Shown here one piece after another: positions 26,540 to 37,632 of a stretch of 64,000 nt of DNA. Below the pieces are notes generated by a model. The model saw nothing but the letters and a program-made list of their open reading frames with translations. It had not been told where the DNA came from and did no database searches. The stretch is taken from sequence record NC_041975.1; one strand, written 5' to 3'. A program made the translations under genes and the position numbers. Position 1 is the first letter of the stretch; each line of letters opens with the position of its first letter.

Positions 26540-28006
26540 ATGTCTATTGATCTGATCGCTTCCTTTATCGACGATTCGGGTAATGTCCCGATGACGGCGT
26601 TGACCGTGGTAAAGAAAGAGAACGACGAAGCCAACGCACAACTACCGAAACAGGTAGCGATGCTGAAAGCCTCTAACGAACGTATCGTTGAACTTCAGTC
26701 TGTGATTGAACGTGTGCGCCGTGAAGGCATGAGCCGTGAAGTCGCCGCGATTGTTGCCTCGATTGCACCCGAAGCGCTGCCGGTTGGCTACGGTGCTGAA
26801 GGTTTCACTGAGCAACCCTCAAAGCTCGGGATGGCTGCTGGTCTGGAATCGATCACCGCCTATGTGATTGATGGTATCAAACGTCTGATCGCCTTCCTGA
26901 TTGATAAGGCCAAGAAAGCCGCTGCCTTTATTGTGGATCAGTATCGTCGTCTGACGGGCATTGCTCCCACTGCGTACAAGATCGATCGTCGTGCTGCTTA
27001 TCTTACGGCGATGTCTGCCCGGTTCGCTCAGCATTTCGGTACGGATCTGGCGACCCTGTTAGAGCAGGATATCAATGCCGGCTTTACCAGTATCGAAAGT
27101 ACTCGCATGGTATTGAGCGGTATGTTTGCTGATGCGGAAGTGCTGCAGGCGGATCTGTCTAAATATGGCAAGCACATCAATGTCATGTCCAAACAGATCG
27201 AAGCGTTACTGGCAGACGCGCCAGCGCGTGTGGTGCGGGTCAATGCGATTGTTAATGATGTCACGGTATCGCGCAATGGCAGCAACGATCGCAGTGCAGA
27301 GATCCTGCGTCTGATCGACACCCGTAACCTCGATGCCCTGGTCAGTACCTTGCGCAGCGTCAGTAAGTTACTGGTCAGCAGCCCGATGTACAAATCCACT
27401 GGCACTGGTAAAGACGGCAAAATCAAACAGACTATCCTTGAGCAGTTAAACAGCGATGGTTTCCGTGAGATGATGTCCGGCCTTTCCATGGCTGCTAATG
27501 CTGGCATGACCCACACCATGGACATGACGGATGCCTCGGCGATCATTCGTTCACGTAATCTGGCTGAGGCTGTTAAAGAGCTCACCAATTACGAAGAAGT
27601 GAAGAAGCGTTCACTGGATGACCTCAAGTCTGCTACTGGTTCGATCAACAGCAACAAATATGTGCAGGCCGCTGAACAGTCACCGGGTGATGACCCGACC
27701 ATGGCAGCTGTGGTGCAGTTTAACCAATACTGGGATGATGTCACGACCGCCGTAAAAGTGGCACAGGACATCACCACCGCCTACGCGGAGACAGTATTCA
27801 AACTGCAGCTGTTCTCGGTGCGTTGTCAGGATCTGGCGCTGGTACAGTGGTCCGCTAACCCAGCCAATGCCGGCCTGGCAGAAGCCAATGCCGCGACTGA
27901 ACGTCTGCAGGCGGTGGTCAAGCAGTATCTGGATAAGGTCGTGAAGAACACCACGGGCTTGAAAGGTGCGCTGGATGACCTCGGCAAACTGGTCAATCAA
28001 CTGTAA
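26540..28006 (+). CDS. internal head protein with propeptide
   Basis: Contains EGMSREVAA...GAE|GFT...AAGLE|SI; paralogous to 28016. Confidence 0.75.
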   Translation: MSIDLIASFIDDSGNVPMTALTVVKKENDEANAQLPKQVAMLKASNERIVELQSVIERVRREGMSREVAAIVASIAPEALPVGYGAEGFTEQPSKLGMAAGLESITAYVIDGIKRLIAFLIDKAKKAAAFIVDQYRRLTGIAPTAYKIDRRAAYLTAMSARFAQHFGTDLATLLEQDINAGFTSIESTRMVLSGMFADAEVLQADLSKYGKHINVMSKQIEALLADAPARVVRVNAIVNDVTVSRNGSNDRSAEILRLIDTRNLDALVSTLRSVSKLLVSSPMYKSTGTGKDGKIKQTILEQLNSDGFREMMSGLSMAANAGMTHTMDMTDASAIIRSRNLAEAVKELTNYEEVKKRSLDDLKSATGSINSNKYVQAAEQSPGDDPTMAAVVQFNQYWDDVTTAVKVAQDITTAYAETVFKLQLFSVRCQDLALVQWSANPANAGLAEANAATERLQAVVKQYLDKVVKNTTGLKGALDDLGKLVNQL

Positions 28007-28015
28007 GGAAATCGC

Positions 28016-29272
28016 ATGGAATCCACATTACTTCAAACGATCAATGAAACCACGGAGTTGTGTGACTCTTTGATTTCGTTGTCACAACGTCTTGAGATGT
28101 TGGGTCCCATTGCTGCTGAATCCGTTAACTTCGCAAAGATCCATGAATCGATTAACCTGAAGGTGGCGAAGATTGCCGCTTCGATGGAGTCGATTGAAGC
28201 TAACGGCATCAACCAGGAGGCAGTGTTAGAAATCAATACTGCCATGCCTGGTATCATTCCCAACACCATCCCTCTTAATGGATACACCAAAGCCCGCAGT
28301 CAGATGAATGTGGGGTTTGCCTTAGAGTCGTTGGAGTCAGGTAAAGCAGCAATGATCTCCGGTTCAGTAACAGGGATCGTGGCCGTGATCGTCAAACTGT
28401 TTCGTTGGGTTGTCATGACCATCAAGCAGTATGTCAAATCACGCCGTGATGCGAACCGTCTCGGTGTCTCTGTGACACAAGCACTGCAACGTGCGGGAAC
28501 GATCAACGAATACCTGTTAGAACAGTTGGCAAAAACCCCAGAAGCCAAAGCCGCCCGTCCGGGCTTTGAATGGCTGGTATCGATCTGGCGTCCGCAGGCT
28601 GGGATCTTTAAGTTCAATGAAGATGCACTGGTGCAGTGGTGGCCAGAACTCGTCAATGAACTGGAGTACGAATACAACCAGATCAGCAAGGCGTTTGACA
28701 TGCTGCGTAGCGGTGGGTCGTTTGTCCCTAACATTGCGAAAGCGCACCAGTCTCCCTCCATGAAGCGTTTCTTTGAAGCCTTACCGCAAGGGACGGATCG
28801 TCAAGGGAATATCGTTGAGGTAGAGCTGGCGAAGAAGCAGTTTCAGGAGAACCCACAGCGTGCGTTGTTCCAGCTGGCTGAACGTCTGCGTTACATGATC
28901 ATGCGTGAGCCTAAATCAAAAGGTACTGACTTTGGGCAAGAGCTGATCTCAGTAGGTCGCAGTATTGAAGCCTACACCAATGTGGATCGTCTGGTGTTTG
29001 ATCAGCTGAATACTTACGACACCAACAATCGATTAGGGAAACTGGAAGAGGCGTTTGGCGCGTTGTATAAGCAAGTCCAAGCCACACGCTACACTGCAGA
29101 CAAAGCCCTGGTTGATGAGTTCGTGGGTTACCTGAACCGTTATTCAGAAAAGCTTAACTGTTTCGTGCAACTGATCACCATTGTGAGTTACCTGGATAGC
29201 TGTAGTTTCCAGATCCTTGACAATGTCTCCAAAGCCACCATGAAGTACGTTGATATTGCTGCCAGTAATTAA
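28016..29272 (+). CDS. internal head protein with propeptide
   Basis: Contains NGINQEAV...GYTKARS...FALE|SLE. Confidence 0.75.
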   Translation: MESTLLQTINETTELCDSLISLSQRLEMLGPIAAESVNFAKIHESINLKVAKIAASMESIEANGINQEAVLEINTAMPGIIPNTIPLNGYTKARSQMNVGFALESLESGKAAMISGSVTGIVAVIVKLFRWVVMTIKQYVKSRRDANRLGVSVTQALQRAGTINEYLLEQLAKTPEAKAARPGFEWLVSIWRPQAGIFKFNEDALVQWWPELVNELEYEYNQISKAFDMLRSGGSFVPNIAKAHQSPSMKRFFEALPQGTDRQGNIVEVELAKKQFQENPQRALFQLAERLRYMIMREPKSKGTDFGQELISVGRSIEAYTNVDRLVFDQLNTYDTNNRLGKLEEAFGALYKQVQATRYTADKALVDEFVGYLNRYSEKLNCFVQLITIVSYLDSCSFQILDNVSKATMKYVDIAASN

Positions 29273-29274
29273 AT

Positions 29275-29326
29275 CGGCATAAAGGCCTGGCCTTCCTTGC
29301 GGAGGGCCAGAGCCTTGCTTATGCCG
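29275..29326. terminator. mirrored hairpin element at a convergent junction
   Basis: CGGCATAA-AGGC-CTGGCCTTCC-TTGC-GGAGGGCCAG-A-GCCT-TGC-TTATGCCG. The wedge gene stop codon lies inside TTATGCCG. Confidence 0.85.
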
Positions 29327-32276
29327 TTAAGCTTGACTTCGCTGAGGTATGCTTCAGGAAGGTGATGGAGATGTCTTCTTTCACCGTTAAGGTTTCATCC
29401 GACGCCACGTCTACCCGTTTCTTGATGGCACACCGCATGGTGTCATCTAATGCGGTCATGACTTTGATGTCACCGTTCACCCCGAGTGCTTTAAACTCGA
29501 TGTCAACCACATCAGACGTTCGATACGGTTTCAGCGCATCAACCAGGTCTGTCAGACCAAAGGTCGCCCGGGCAATCACTGCAGCAATCGCTGGACTCAC
29601 TTTCGCTGACAGGTTGTCACGCAACGAGGTGTTCTTGTAACCGTTGTCGGTCATGTAGAAGGTTACGTCAAAACCAATCGCGGCGGAGATCTGACGAGAC
29701 TCTCGTGCATTGGCAATCACATCGATCAAGCCCAGGGTTTGTTTCGGTCGTAACGACACCGTGGTCTTCTCAAGCAACTGTCGCTTCACCGTGACCATGT
29801 CTTCTGTCACCCAGTCAACCAGATCAGAGATCACATCAGTGATGTATGTCTTATCCAGCGGGTTACCGGTAAAGTAATAGACACCATCCAGACCCACCAC
29901 ATCGATCTCACGCACCACCACACGTTCATTAAGCGGGATAGGGTTACCTTGCTCGTCCGACTTAATGTCACCCACCCGATAACGATAGATGATGTTGTTA
30001 TCAGCGTCATACATGATGTCGCCTTTGGCATGCAGGATGATCGGTTGGTTGTTGCTGTCAAACACCAATTGGTTAGTGACCGCATCACGCTGATACACCG
30101 TCTCTGCATAACGCCATGGTACATCGACATCGTACTTCTGATACTCGATGTCAGACACCACTGAACGCGACCGCTGGTACAGGTAGGTCAGGGCTTTGCC
30201 CATCACCACATCGTAGGACTGCTCCGTCACCACCACGAACTGCTGATCCAGGTAGAAACTCCCCAGCTTCTTATCACTGTCGCTGTACACCACATCGTTC
30301 GGTGATTTGGCCACCGCAATACAGTTCAGCAGGATGAAGTTCTTTTCCAGTACCGAGCGCAACTTAGACGATGCATTACCAAACTGACCAAAGGACGTCA
30401 GGATGATCTCGTCCTCGTTGGTGATGTCAAGATTACTATCAATGTCGAACTGCCAGACACGTTCGCGGGTTGCTGTCCGACCGATCATCACGCCATTGAG
30501 GTAGCCGTAGTTGCTTTCCCCTTCCGGCATGAACAGTAACTGACACGCCACATCGCCGTCTGCCAGGTCTTTGTAGTAATCACCTGAACTTGTCACCACG
30601 GTTGCTCTAAAGCCATTGGCGGTTTTGGTAAAGGTAAAACTGTCCGCCACAAGTTCAACACCGATGGAGTTGTTCTCATAGCTGAATACCCGACCTGCTA
30701 CAGAAGGACGATCCAGATCATAGACCCGAGTGGTAAACGCATCGTTATTCGCATCCAACACCATGTAGAAAGGTGAGAACATGAACACGTTGTTGTTGAC
30801 CGTCAAGGCACGACTGTCTAATCCCGCGCCGTTGATCGTGGCCAGCTCCGCATCTGATACCATGTTGTAGATGCCGTTGACCAAGCGGTATAAGGCTGTC
30901 GGGGTGATGGTGATGCGATTGCCGTTATCACGCACTGCGGTATTACTGACCAACTGCAACATCGATGACTGCAGGGTAATGATCCCGGTACCGGCCGGCG
31001 TATTGATGCCAGACTTGTTGGTCTGCGGATTCAGTGACCGGGTTGCATGGTAAATACGTTGCGTCACTGTGTCTTCTGATTTCAATGCCCCGTAGCCTAA
31101 ATCGACCAGGGTTTGCGAGACCTGCGCTTCAGTAATCGGTAAGACCGTTTTGTTGGCCGAATAGATCACCGCTTCACGCAACGCTTCAACACTGAGACCA
31201 TTCACCCCACCGCTGACACCGCTGCTGATCGACATGGTCTTTTCATTAAAGACGGTCAATGGCGTAGAGTACTTATCCAACACCCGATCTTCGTAATTGA
31301 AGTCACGGTAGACCGCACTGATTGAAGAAGACTGCAGCGCCAGTGTTTCGATAACCAGGTTACCTTTACTGGTGTAGACATCTGCCCGCACCTGACGACC
31401 CACTGCCAGATTGTTGGAGATGTAGATTTCCGGTAACACAACCTTCACTGAGTCTTCTAACACCTGGGCGACGAAGGTCAGCTTGGTGTTGTCATAGACC
31501 AGGTCATCATGGGTGACGTACGCCTCTTCCCACTCATCGGCCACATTCGCCCGCGTAAAGACGCGCAGGTAATAGAACTGATCACCTTTTAATGGATAGG
31601 TATTGCGATACCCACTCATGCTGGTAATCTGACCGTAATAAGGCTGGGCTTTGAACTGACGTAAAGGTACCGTGATGTAGAGCAGTTCAACCCCGTTGAA
31701 GATCGCAGTCCGCCAGGTTAACTGGTTGGTTTCAACCGTCAGGAGTGGGCTGGGTTGCGACACATCGTACACCACCACAAAGCCGCCATGTTTCATCACC
31801 CGGATTTCAATCGGATACTCCAGACTGAAGGTGACATCCATCACCGTGATTTCCGTGTTGCGTGGAATCACCATCTTCGAGTAGATGCTGTCGATGTCAT
31901 CGCTGCCACTGCTGTCGAGTTGCACTGCACGCGCCCGAATCTCATCGGCATTGAAGATAAAGTTGGTGGTGATGCGTGACGGGGTACAGAAACGGTTCTT
32001 GTAATCCTCATCACTCATGTTGCGATACAGATCTTCATACGTCCGCGCCATCTTCGGGTAGTACGCCGTATAAAGGTCTTCATGGTTTTGCATCACCGCT
32101 GAACCGGTCAGGGCAACCAGCTCAAAAGCAAACATCGCAGGGTTGGTGGCATTCATGATATCAATCGTGCCATCCATGTTTTGGTCTAACAGATCGAGTG
32201 TGTAGTCCATCATCAACGATGGATCATTACGCAGGTCGATCATTTTCTGTTTACGTACGTCGATGCTGTCGCTCAT
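29319..32276 (-). CDS. baseplate wedge protein (T4 gp6/baseplate J-like; phiKZ gp87 position)
   Basis: 985 aa containing IPRNTEITV..VTF and GGVNGLSVEALREAV...ITEAQV, resembling the baseplate J GG.D.ES..LR...VT..DY motif. Confidence 0.7.
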   Translation of the reverse strand: MSDSIDVRKQKMIDLRNDPSLMMDYTLDLLDQNMDGTIDIMNATNPAMFAFELVALTGSAVMQNHEDLYTAYYPKMARTYEDLYRNMSDEDYKNRFCTPSRITTNFIFNADEIRARAVQLDSSGSDDIDSIYSKMVIPRNTEITVMDVTFSLEYPIEIRVMKHGGFVVVYDVSQPSPLLTVETNQLTWRTAIFNGVELLYITVPLRQFKAQPYYGQITSMSGYRNTYPLKGDQFYYLRVFTRANVADEWEEAYVTHDDLVYDNTKLTFVAQVLEDSVKVVLPEIYISNNLAVGRQVRADVYTSKGNLVIETLALQSSSISAVYRDFNYEDRVLDKYSTPLTVFNEKTMSISSGVSGGVNGLSVEALREAVIYSANKTVLPITEAQVSQTLVDLGYGALKSEDTVTQRIYHATRSLNPQTNKSGINTPAGTGIITLQSSMLQLVSNTAVRDNGNRITITPTALYRLVNGIYNMVSDAELATINGAGLDSRALTVNNNVFMFSPFYMVLDANNDAFTTRVYDLDRPSVAGRVFSYENNSIGVELVADSFTFTKTANGFRATVVTSSGDYYKDLADGDVACQLLFMPEGESNYGYLNGVMIGRTATRERVWQFDIDSNLDITNEDEIILTSFGQFGNASSKLRSVLEKNFILLNCIAVAKSPNDVVYSDSDKKLGSFYLDQQFVVVTEQSYDVVMGKALTYLYQRSRSVVSDIEYQKYDVDVPWRYAETVYQRDAVTNQLVFDSNNQPIILHAKGDIMYDADNNIIYRYRVGDIKSDEQGNPIPLNERVVVREIDVVGLDGVYYFTGNPLDKTYITDVISDLVDWVTEDMVTVKRQLLEKTTVSLRPKQTLGLIDVIANARESRQISAAIGFDVTFYMTDNGYKNTSLRDNLSAKVSPAIAAVIARATFGLTDLVDALKPYRTSDVVDIEFKALGVNGDIKVMTALDDTMRCAIKKRVDVASDETLTVKEDISITFLKHTSAKSSLTA

Positions 32277-32285
32277 CGTAGCCTC

Positions 32286-33311
32286 TTATTTTTGATCCTT
32301 CGGAACCCACCACTGGAATTCGTTCGTCATCACGTCGATATAAGGATAACCAATAAAGTTGTAGCGTTGCATTTCACCCGGGGAGATTTTGCGGAAGAAC
32401 GTGTTACGGTTCGCGGCTTTCATCTGCGGGTTAAATAACTCGACACAACTGTTGAAATCCAGGATCAGGGATTGCGTGTTATAGCGCCAGCCCACACACT
32501 GCCAGTTACAACTGATTTGGTTATTGTTCTTGATCAGTGGGGTGTCTTTGGTGGTGCCAAAGTCAAACGCATTACCAATCGGGTTGGTGGTGCAGATTGC
32601 TGCGTAGGGTGCACCGATCTTCGTCACATAGCGTGAAGTCTGATCCAGGATGATGCGATAGAAGCGCATGGTGTAATCAATATAGTTGTTAACAATGGCG
32701 TCCCAATAGGGAACCATGTCACCAAGGTATACCGATGAGCTGTACGTTTGCAGCAGATCCAGGATCATGGTGATCGGGTCACCTGAGATGTTGGTGTGCG
32801 TTGATGTCACCTGATAGGCTTCATTAAACTCCGACTGACCATCAACCATCGACCAGGTTTCTTTACGTGAGCCCGGTGGTGCAGTAAAGGTATCGATCAC
32901 GATATCGGGAAAACCGGTCATCGATTCCAGGGTGTTTGATAAAATGGACACGAAGGCCTGTTGGTTATCAAACAGTCTGGAGTAGCTTTTTCGATCAATT
33001 GTGCCGGTCGCATCAAACATCGAACGGATCGCACCTGGGATCGTATCGGCGTTGTTTGAAGCAAGCGAAAGCAGCTTTTCTTGTCGATTCAGATTATCGT
33101 ATGACAGGTTAAGGATTGGGCGTGTGAAAAAGGTATACCCCATGACGTCTTTGTTGATGGGTAGAAAGGCGCTACGGTTACTGAATTTGTTCAAACCCCA
33201 ATAGTTATGCGCAAGCGATGAGGTTACACTACCATACCCGGACTCCCTTGCAGCCGAGTCAATACTCTCGGTCCACAACCCAGGATTGTAGTCGTCATTG
33301 TCATTGGCCAT
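32286..33311 (-). CDS. putative tail tube-fold baseplate protein (phiKZ gp88 position)
   Basis: Beta-rich, with DYTMRFYRIILDQT...QISCNWQC; adjacent to the wedge gene. Confidence 0.5.
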   Translation of the reverse strand: MANDNDDYNPGLWTESIDSAARESGYGSVTSSLAHNYWGLNKFSNRSAFLPINKDVMGYTFFTRPILNLSYDNLNRQEKLLSLASNNADTIPGAIRSMFDATGTIDRKSYSRLFDNQQAFVSILSNTLESMTGFPDIVIDTFTAPPGSRKETWSMVDGQSEFNEAYQVTSTHTNISGDPITMILDLLQTYSSSVYLGDMVPYWDAIVNNYIDYTMRFYRIILDQTSRYVTKIGAPYAAICTTNPIGNAFDFGTTKDTPLIKNNNQISCNWQCVGWRYNTQSLILDFNSCVELFNPQMKAANRNTFFRKISPGEMQRYNFIGYPYIDVMTNEFQWWVPKDQK

Positions 33312-33364
33312 TACTCATCACCTCTTTGAAATAGAATATCCGTTGAATCCATAGGAGTACTTTT

Positions 33365-34531
33365 ATGTTACCATTAGTTACGGGGGCGATTACACTGGCC
33401 AGTTCGCTTGCGCTTGTCGCCGAACGTATTCTGGCAGCCAAGAAAGCTGCTGGTGAAGTCGCTGGTACTGTTGACAATACGTTGGCCACGTTAGGCCAGA
33501 TGGGCACACGTGATTTGGTAACCTTTACCAAAGTGACCCGCATGGAACCTCTGGTGTTGTTAGATGATCGTTTGAAGTTTGATCCTTCGACCCCGGAGAT
33601 CCTGCAAGTACTGACCAGTTTGATTGCCGGCTACTATACCCAGGCGTTTGCCCTGCTGGGCCAGGTCGACGGTATTGACGTCATTGGCACCCTGGATAAG
33701 CTGAACCCGTCACGTACTGGTATTGGCCTGAACAACTTTGAAGGTGATCTTGAGAAAGACGGCCTCCATAAATTTAGTAACCAGTCAAATACCCCTCTCT
33801 ATAGTATCGGGCTGGAAGCACTGACTGAAGTGCAGAGCGCCGAGAACAAGCCGGTTAAAATCCAGACCGATAAAAATGTCGTGGCTGATATTTCGGCACC
33901 GACTAACCTGGCGCTGGGTAAGATGATCAAGGTGACCTTGTCAGCTAATGGCAACACCATTGAGATCCCAATCACCATCCGTGTGAAACCTGTCACCACC
34001 GGTAGCGATGCCGTTACGGCGATTCTGGCTATTGGTACCACGAAGAACACCGTGGCTGAGCGCTGGAACCGTTTCAAAGCTGGTGAGCTGACCTTCACTA
34101 ACCTGGCTACTGGTGATGACGTGATTCGTCAACACAAGAAGATCCTGGTGCAGGACACCTCTGGCTTCTATGCCGAGATCACCCGTCGTGCCCGTGGTAA
34201 TGCGAAGAAAGGTGCCCTGTCCGGTAACCTGTCGCTGGCTACGGATTCTAACGTGGTAATGATCTCTTCAGCCACGGCGCTGGATGTGGGTCGCGAGCTC
34301 GGTGGTGAACTGTCCAACTTCCGTATCCGTGAAGCGATGTTTGCCAAGGTGTACTCTAACATGCTGATCATCGTGGATGACCTGCGTGGCATGGTCTCCT
34401 TCTACTACCGCGGTGAGTCATTACCAAACGTGCTGTCGCTGCAGGATATCAAACTGTATAACAAAGGCAGCGGTCCAGACATCATGTCGATCTTCAGTGC
34501 GTTTGCTGAAAACAAAATCCCTTCCCTTTAA
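33365..34531 (+). CDS. head inner-body protein (phiKZ gp89 position)
   Basis: 388 aa with an SIGLE|AL site, divergent from the baseplate genes. Confidence 0.65.
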   Translation: MLPLVTGAITLASSLALVAERILAAKKAAGEVAGTVDNTLATLGQMGTRDLVTFTKVTRMEPLVLLDDRLKFDPSTPEILQVLTSLIAGYYTQAFALLGQVDGIDVIGTLDKLNPSRTGIGLNNFEGDLEKDGLHKFSNQSNTPLYSIGLEALTEVQSAENKPVKIQTDKNVVADISAPTNLALGKMIKVTLSANGNTIEIPITIRVKPVTTGSDAVTAILAIGTTKNTVAERWNRFKAGELTFTNLATGDDVIRQHKKILVQDTSGFYAEITRRARGNAKKGALSGNLSLATDSNVVMISSATALDVGRELGGELSNFRIREAMFAKVYSNMLIIVDDLRGMVSFYYRGESLPNVLSLQDIKLYNKGSGPDIMSIFSAFAENKIPSL

Positions 34532-34543
34532 GGATCTCGTTCG

Positions 34544-35437
34544 ATGAACATTTTTAACTACGTCAAAGGCCTGATTGGTACGGTTGACAAACGCGATGTC
34601 CTAAGCGAGATCGATGCCCTGCGTGATGAGCTCACCCGGTTCACCATTAACAACTATGCGAAAGCCATGGATGTTAATGTCAACACCGACGGCAGTAATT
34701 ACTACGTAAAACAGATCAGCCGTGAATTCGCGAAAGTGAAACAGGTTGAAGGTTTACGTGGTCAGAACCTGATCGCTCAGACGTACATCTCCTTAAAGCA
34801 GCTGACCCTGACCCTAGAGTGGATGCGCAAACAGGTTGAGCGTGAGTACGGCGGTCGTATCGCCCGTGAAGCCGTTGACTTTAAACAAGCCAACTTCCTG
34901 CGCTATATCGACTCGATCGACTTCTACCTGCGTTACGCTCGCTCCATGCTGCTCGTGGTGACGTCCCTGAATGCTAACCCATCAGCGGATATCACCAAAG
35001 GCTTCACGGTGCACGAGATCCGTTTCCTGACCGATACTGCTGTGCACTTCATCTACCTGACCTCGCTGTTCTCGCAGCCGGTGAGCGTGACTGAGAAAGT
35101 GTTCGATGCGGTGCCATCGGTTGTGGTCTCCGATGCCGATCAGCAAGCGATCGAAGCGGTACTGGGTAATAAGACCGATGTGGCGAGGTCTAACTTCATC
35201 CCACTGGGTTACAACCCGTTCTTCCTGATTGGTCGTCTGCGTGCTGAACGTCGTGTGAAACGCCTGCGGGCAGCTGAAGCGGCAGCGATTGCCACTGAGC
35301 TGACCTTGAGCAAGCTCATGGACAAACAAGCAGGCGGGACAGAAGACCCCACCATTCAGAAACAAATTGATCATTATCAGAATCAGTTGAACCGACTGAA
35401 CTTTGAGATCGATCAGATCAAATCCGAAGTCGAGTAA
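34544..35437 (+). CDS. head/inner-body protein (phiKZ gp90 position)
   Basis: 297 aa, helical, with a C-terminal coiled coil. Confidence 0.6.
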   Translation: MNIFNYVKGLIGTVDKRDVLSEIDALRDELTRFTINNYAKAMDVNVNTDGSNYYVKQISREFAKVKQVEGLRGQNLIAQTYISLKQLTLTLEWMRKQVEREYGGRIAREAVDFKQANFLRYIDSIDFYLRYARSMLLVVTSLNANPSADITKGFTVHEIRFLTDTAVHFIYLTSLFSQPVSVTEKVFDAVPSVVVSDADQQAIEAVLGNKTDVARSNFIPLGYNPFFLIGRLRAERRVKRLRAAEAAAIATELTLSKLMDKQAGGTEDPTIQKQIDHYQNQLNRLNFEIDQIKSEVE

Positions 35438-35447
35438 GGAGTCCGTC

Positions 35448-35987
35448 ATGGCAGATCGTGTTAGTACTGGTGCAGAGATTATCTACGGCACCGGCTTTAC
35501 CTCCCATGGCGGCCCAGGACAGCAAGGTGTAAAGATCAACGTCGACAACAACGTCATTGATCTTTACCAGCGTTTGGCAGGCAACATCACGCTCGCCGGT
35601 AACTTTAACTTCCGAAAAGAAGTGTGTGTTACTGCTGCACGTCTGTTACTGCCATTGCCAAACTGGCTCCTGGCCACCCGTAGCAATTACCTGCACTCCA
35701 AACACGCGCTGTTGTTCGCCCGTGACCTGGGGTTGATTGCGATGGGTAAGAGTCCGGACATGAGTGTGATGACGCGCATGCGTCTGTTTTCACCCAGTTC
35801 TGTGAAGTCCAACCCGGGTGAGCTGAATGCGTCGAATTACGATGCACTCTCGTTGATCCCTAATAAGTTCATTGATGAGCTGCGTACCTATTCCAATGGT
35901 GCACAGCTGGCTAACCTGACCCGCGACGCACAGCATGTGAAAGACCTGGTCACGTCATTATATGTCATGTTTGGTTCTGTTGAATAA
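35448..35987 (+). CDS. putative head protein
   Basis: ATG 35448 follows TAAGGAG. Confidence 0.65.
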   Translation: MADRVSTGAEIIYGTGFTSHGGPGQQGVKINVDNNVIDLYQRLAGNITLAGNFNFRKEVCVTAARLLLPLPNWLLATRSNYLHSKHALLFARDLGLIAMGKSPDMSVMTRMRLFSPSSVKSNPGELNASNYDALSLIPNKFIDELRTYSNGAQLANLTRDAQHVKDLVTSLYVMFGSVE

Positions 35988-36024
35988 CAGGCCTCAAAAT
36001 CGGAATGTAGAGGATACGTAAAAA

Positions 36025-37614
36025 ATGAGTAAAGCATACCTCCATACCCTGCTGACTGCAGGTAATGAAGCGTTTGATGCAGCCGGCGAACCAGTGGGTG
36101 TGACTGTGGTTGATGCCCCGATCGAAGTGCCTGTTGTTGCAGACCCAGCAGTTGAGCCAGAAGCCCCAGCGGTAACTGACGCGCCGGTGGTTACGCAGGA
36201 CCCGGTTGAGCCTGATCCAGAACCAGCAGCGGTCGTCGTTGCCATCAACGAAGATGAGAAAGAGCTGGTCATTGCGTCTACTGAAGCGGCTGCGGCCGAA
36301 GTGGTTGTGATCGAATCTGATTGCGCGCTGGAAGAAGTCGAAGACCTGCTGGACGACCAGATCCAGGTTGTGGCGGAAACTGAAAACATCGTCGCCTCTA
36401 TGGAATCGTTCGTCGGTTCTGCGATGACCATGCAGGATGCGCAAGCCCTGCAGCAGTGGGTGCATAACGCCACCCGTGGTCAGTATGACCAAGCTAAAGT
36501 TGTCGGCTCTCTGGAAGCGTTCGGTAACGACGTCTCTACCGATGATGCGCTGAACGCTGGCCTGGAAGGGATCGGTGAGTTCCTGAAAGCTGCCCGTAAC
36601 AAAGCAGCTGATCTGCGTAAAGTCATGGTTGCGCGCTGGAACGCTTTCTTCAAAGATGTGTTCGTGGGCTTTGATAAAGTCGCACGTCGTGCTGATGCAC
36701 TGGGTAAACTGGCGAAAGGTACTTCAGGCGAATCCAACTCCTCTACTATTCAGCTGCCGCTGGATACTGCCTGGCGTCTGGTGAAAGATGGTAAGGTTTC
36801 TCAGAACCTGCCGAAAGATCTGGGTGACCTGGGTAAATTTGCCAAGGCCGTCTTTAAAGACAACCCGGAAGCGCTGCTGGTTCATCGTAAGAAACTGGTT
36901 GACATCGCTGTTCGTCTGTCTACTGCTGACTATGACGACGCGCTGAAGATCGGCAAAGAGCTGGTGAACTTCGAACTGCCAAGCGTTGGCGTGTGCAAAA
37001 CCAAAGTGGTCAACAACTCCAACACGGTTGATGTGTATCGCTCTGATGAGTTCCTGGGTGCGCTGTCTATTTTCTATTGCAAACCTGTTGACAAAATCAA
37101 TGCGCAGTTACCACTGCCGCGTCAGCTGTCGGACAAGTTCAACTCCATCATTGCGATCGATGTGAGCGTGTCTGAAACCGGTAAGAAAACACCGAAGCTG
37201 GATGTCTCTATTGATACCCTGCAGCCGGCTGAAATCGCCAAAGTGGCTGATGATGTTAACGCTATCCTGGGTGACATCCGTCAGTACCGCACCAACTACG
37301 GCGAGTGGTATGCGGCCAACAGCGATCTGGATCGTGTGATCGGTATCCTGGCGAACGTACCATGGTCTGGCGATGCTGGCACCACTACTGTCGACAGCAC
37401 CACTGATGCCGAGGGTAATACCTCAACCACCGTAAACATCATCGGTCTGAACCGCGACCTGGCGGATGTGATTGAAGGCATGCATGACATGTATAGCTAC
37501 CTGTCTGTAAGCCCGATCCGTGTCCTGTCTGCTGAACTGCTGCCAATCCTGAACCGTGCACTGGAAGTGGGTGAACGTTCTCTGGCAACCTACAGCGACA
37601 ACAACCTGGCGTAA
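36025..37614 (+). CDS. phiKZ-like internal head protein (gp93-97 family), paralog 1
   Basis: Acidic Ala/Val-rich propeptide with AGNE, ASME, GSLE and AGLE sites. Confidence 0.8.
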   Translation: MSKAYLHTLLTAGNEAFDAAGEPVGVTVVDAPIEVPVVADPAVEPEAPAVTDAPVVTQDPVEPDPEPAAVVVAINEDEKELVIASTEAAAAEVVVIESDCALEEVEDLLDDQIQVVAETENIVASMESFVGSAMTMQDAQALQQWVHNATRGQYDQAKVVGSLEAFGNDVSTDDALNAGLEGIGEFLKAARNKAADLRKVMVARWNAFFKDVFVGFDKVARRADALGKLAKGTSGESNSSTIQLPLDTAWRLVKDGKVSQNLPKDLGDLGKFAKAVFKDNPEALLVHRKKLVDIAVRLSTADYDDALKIGKELVNFELPSVGVCKTKVVNNSNTVDVYRSDEFLGALSIFYCKPVDKINAQLPLPRQLSDKFNSIIAIDVSVSETGKKTPKLDVSIDTLQPAEIAKVADDVNAILGDIRQYRTNYGEWYAANSDLDRVIGILANVPWSGDAGTTTVDSTTDAEGNTSTTVNIIGLNRDLADVIEGMHDMYSYLSVSPIRVLSAELLPILNRALEVGERSLATYSDNNLA

Positions 37615-37632
37615 CCGTCATAAGGCAAAGAG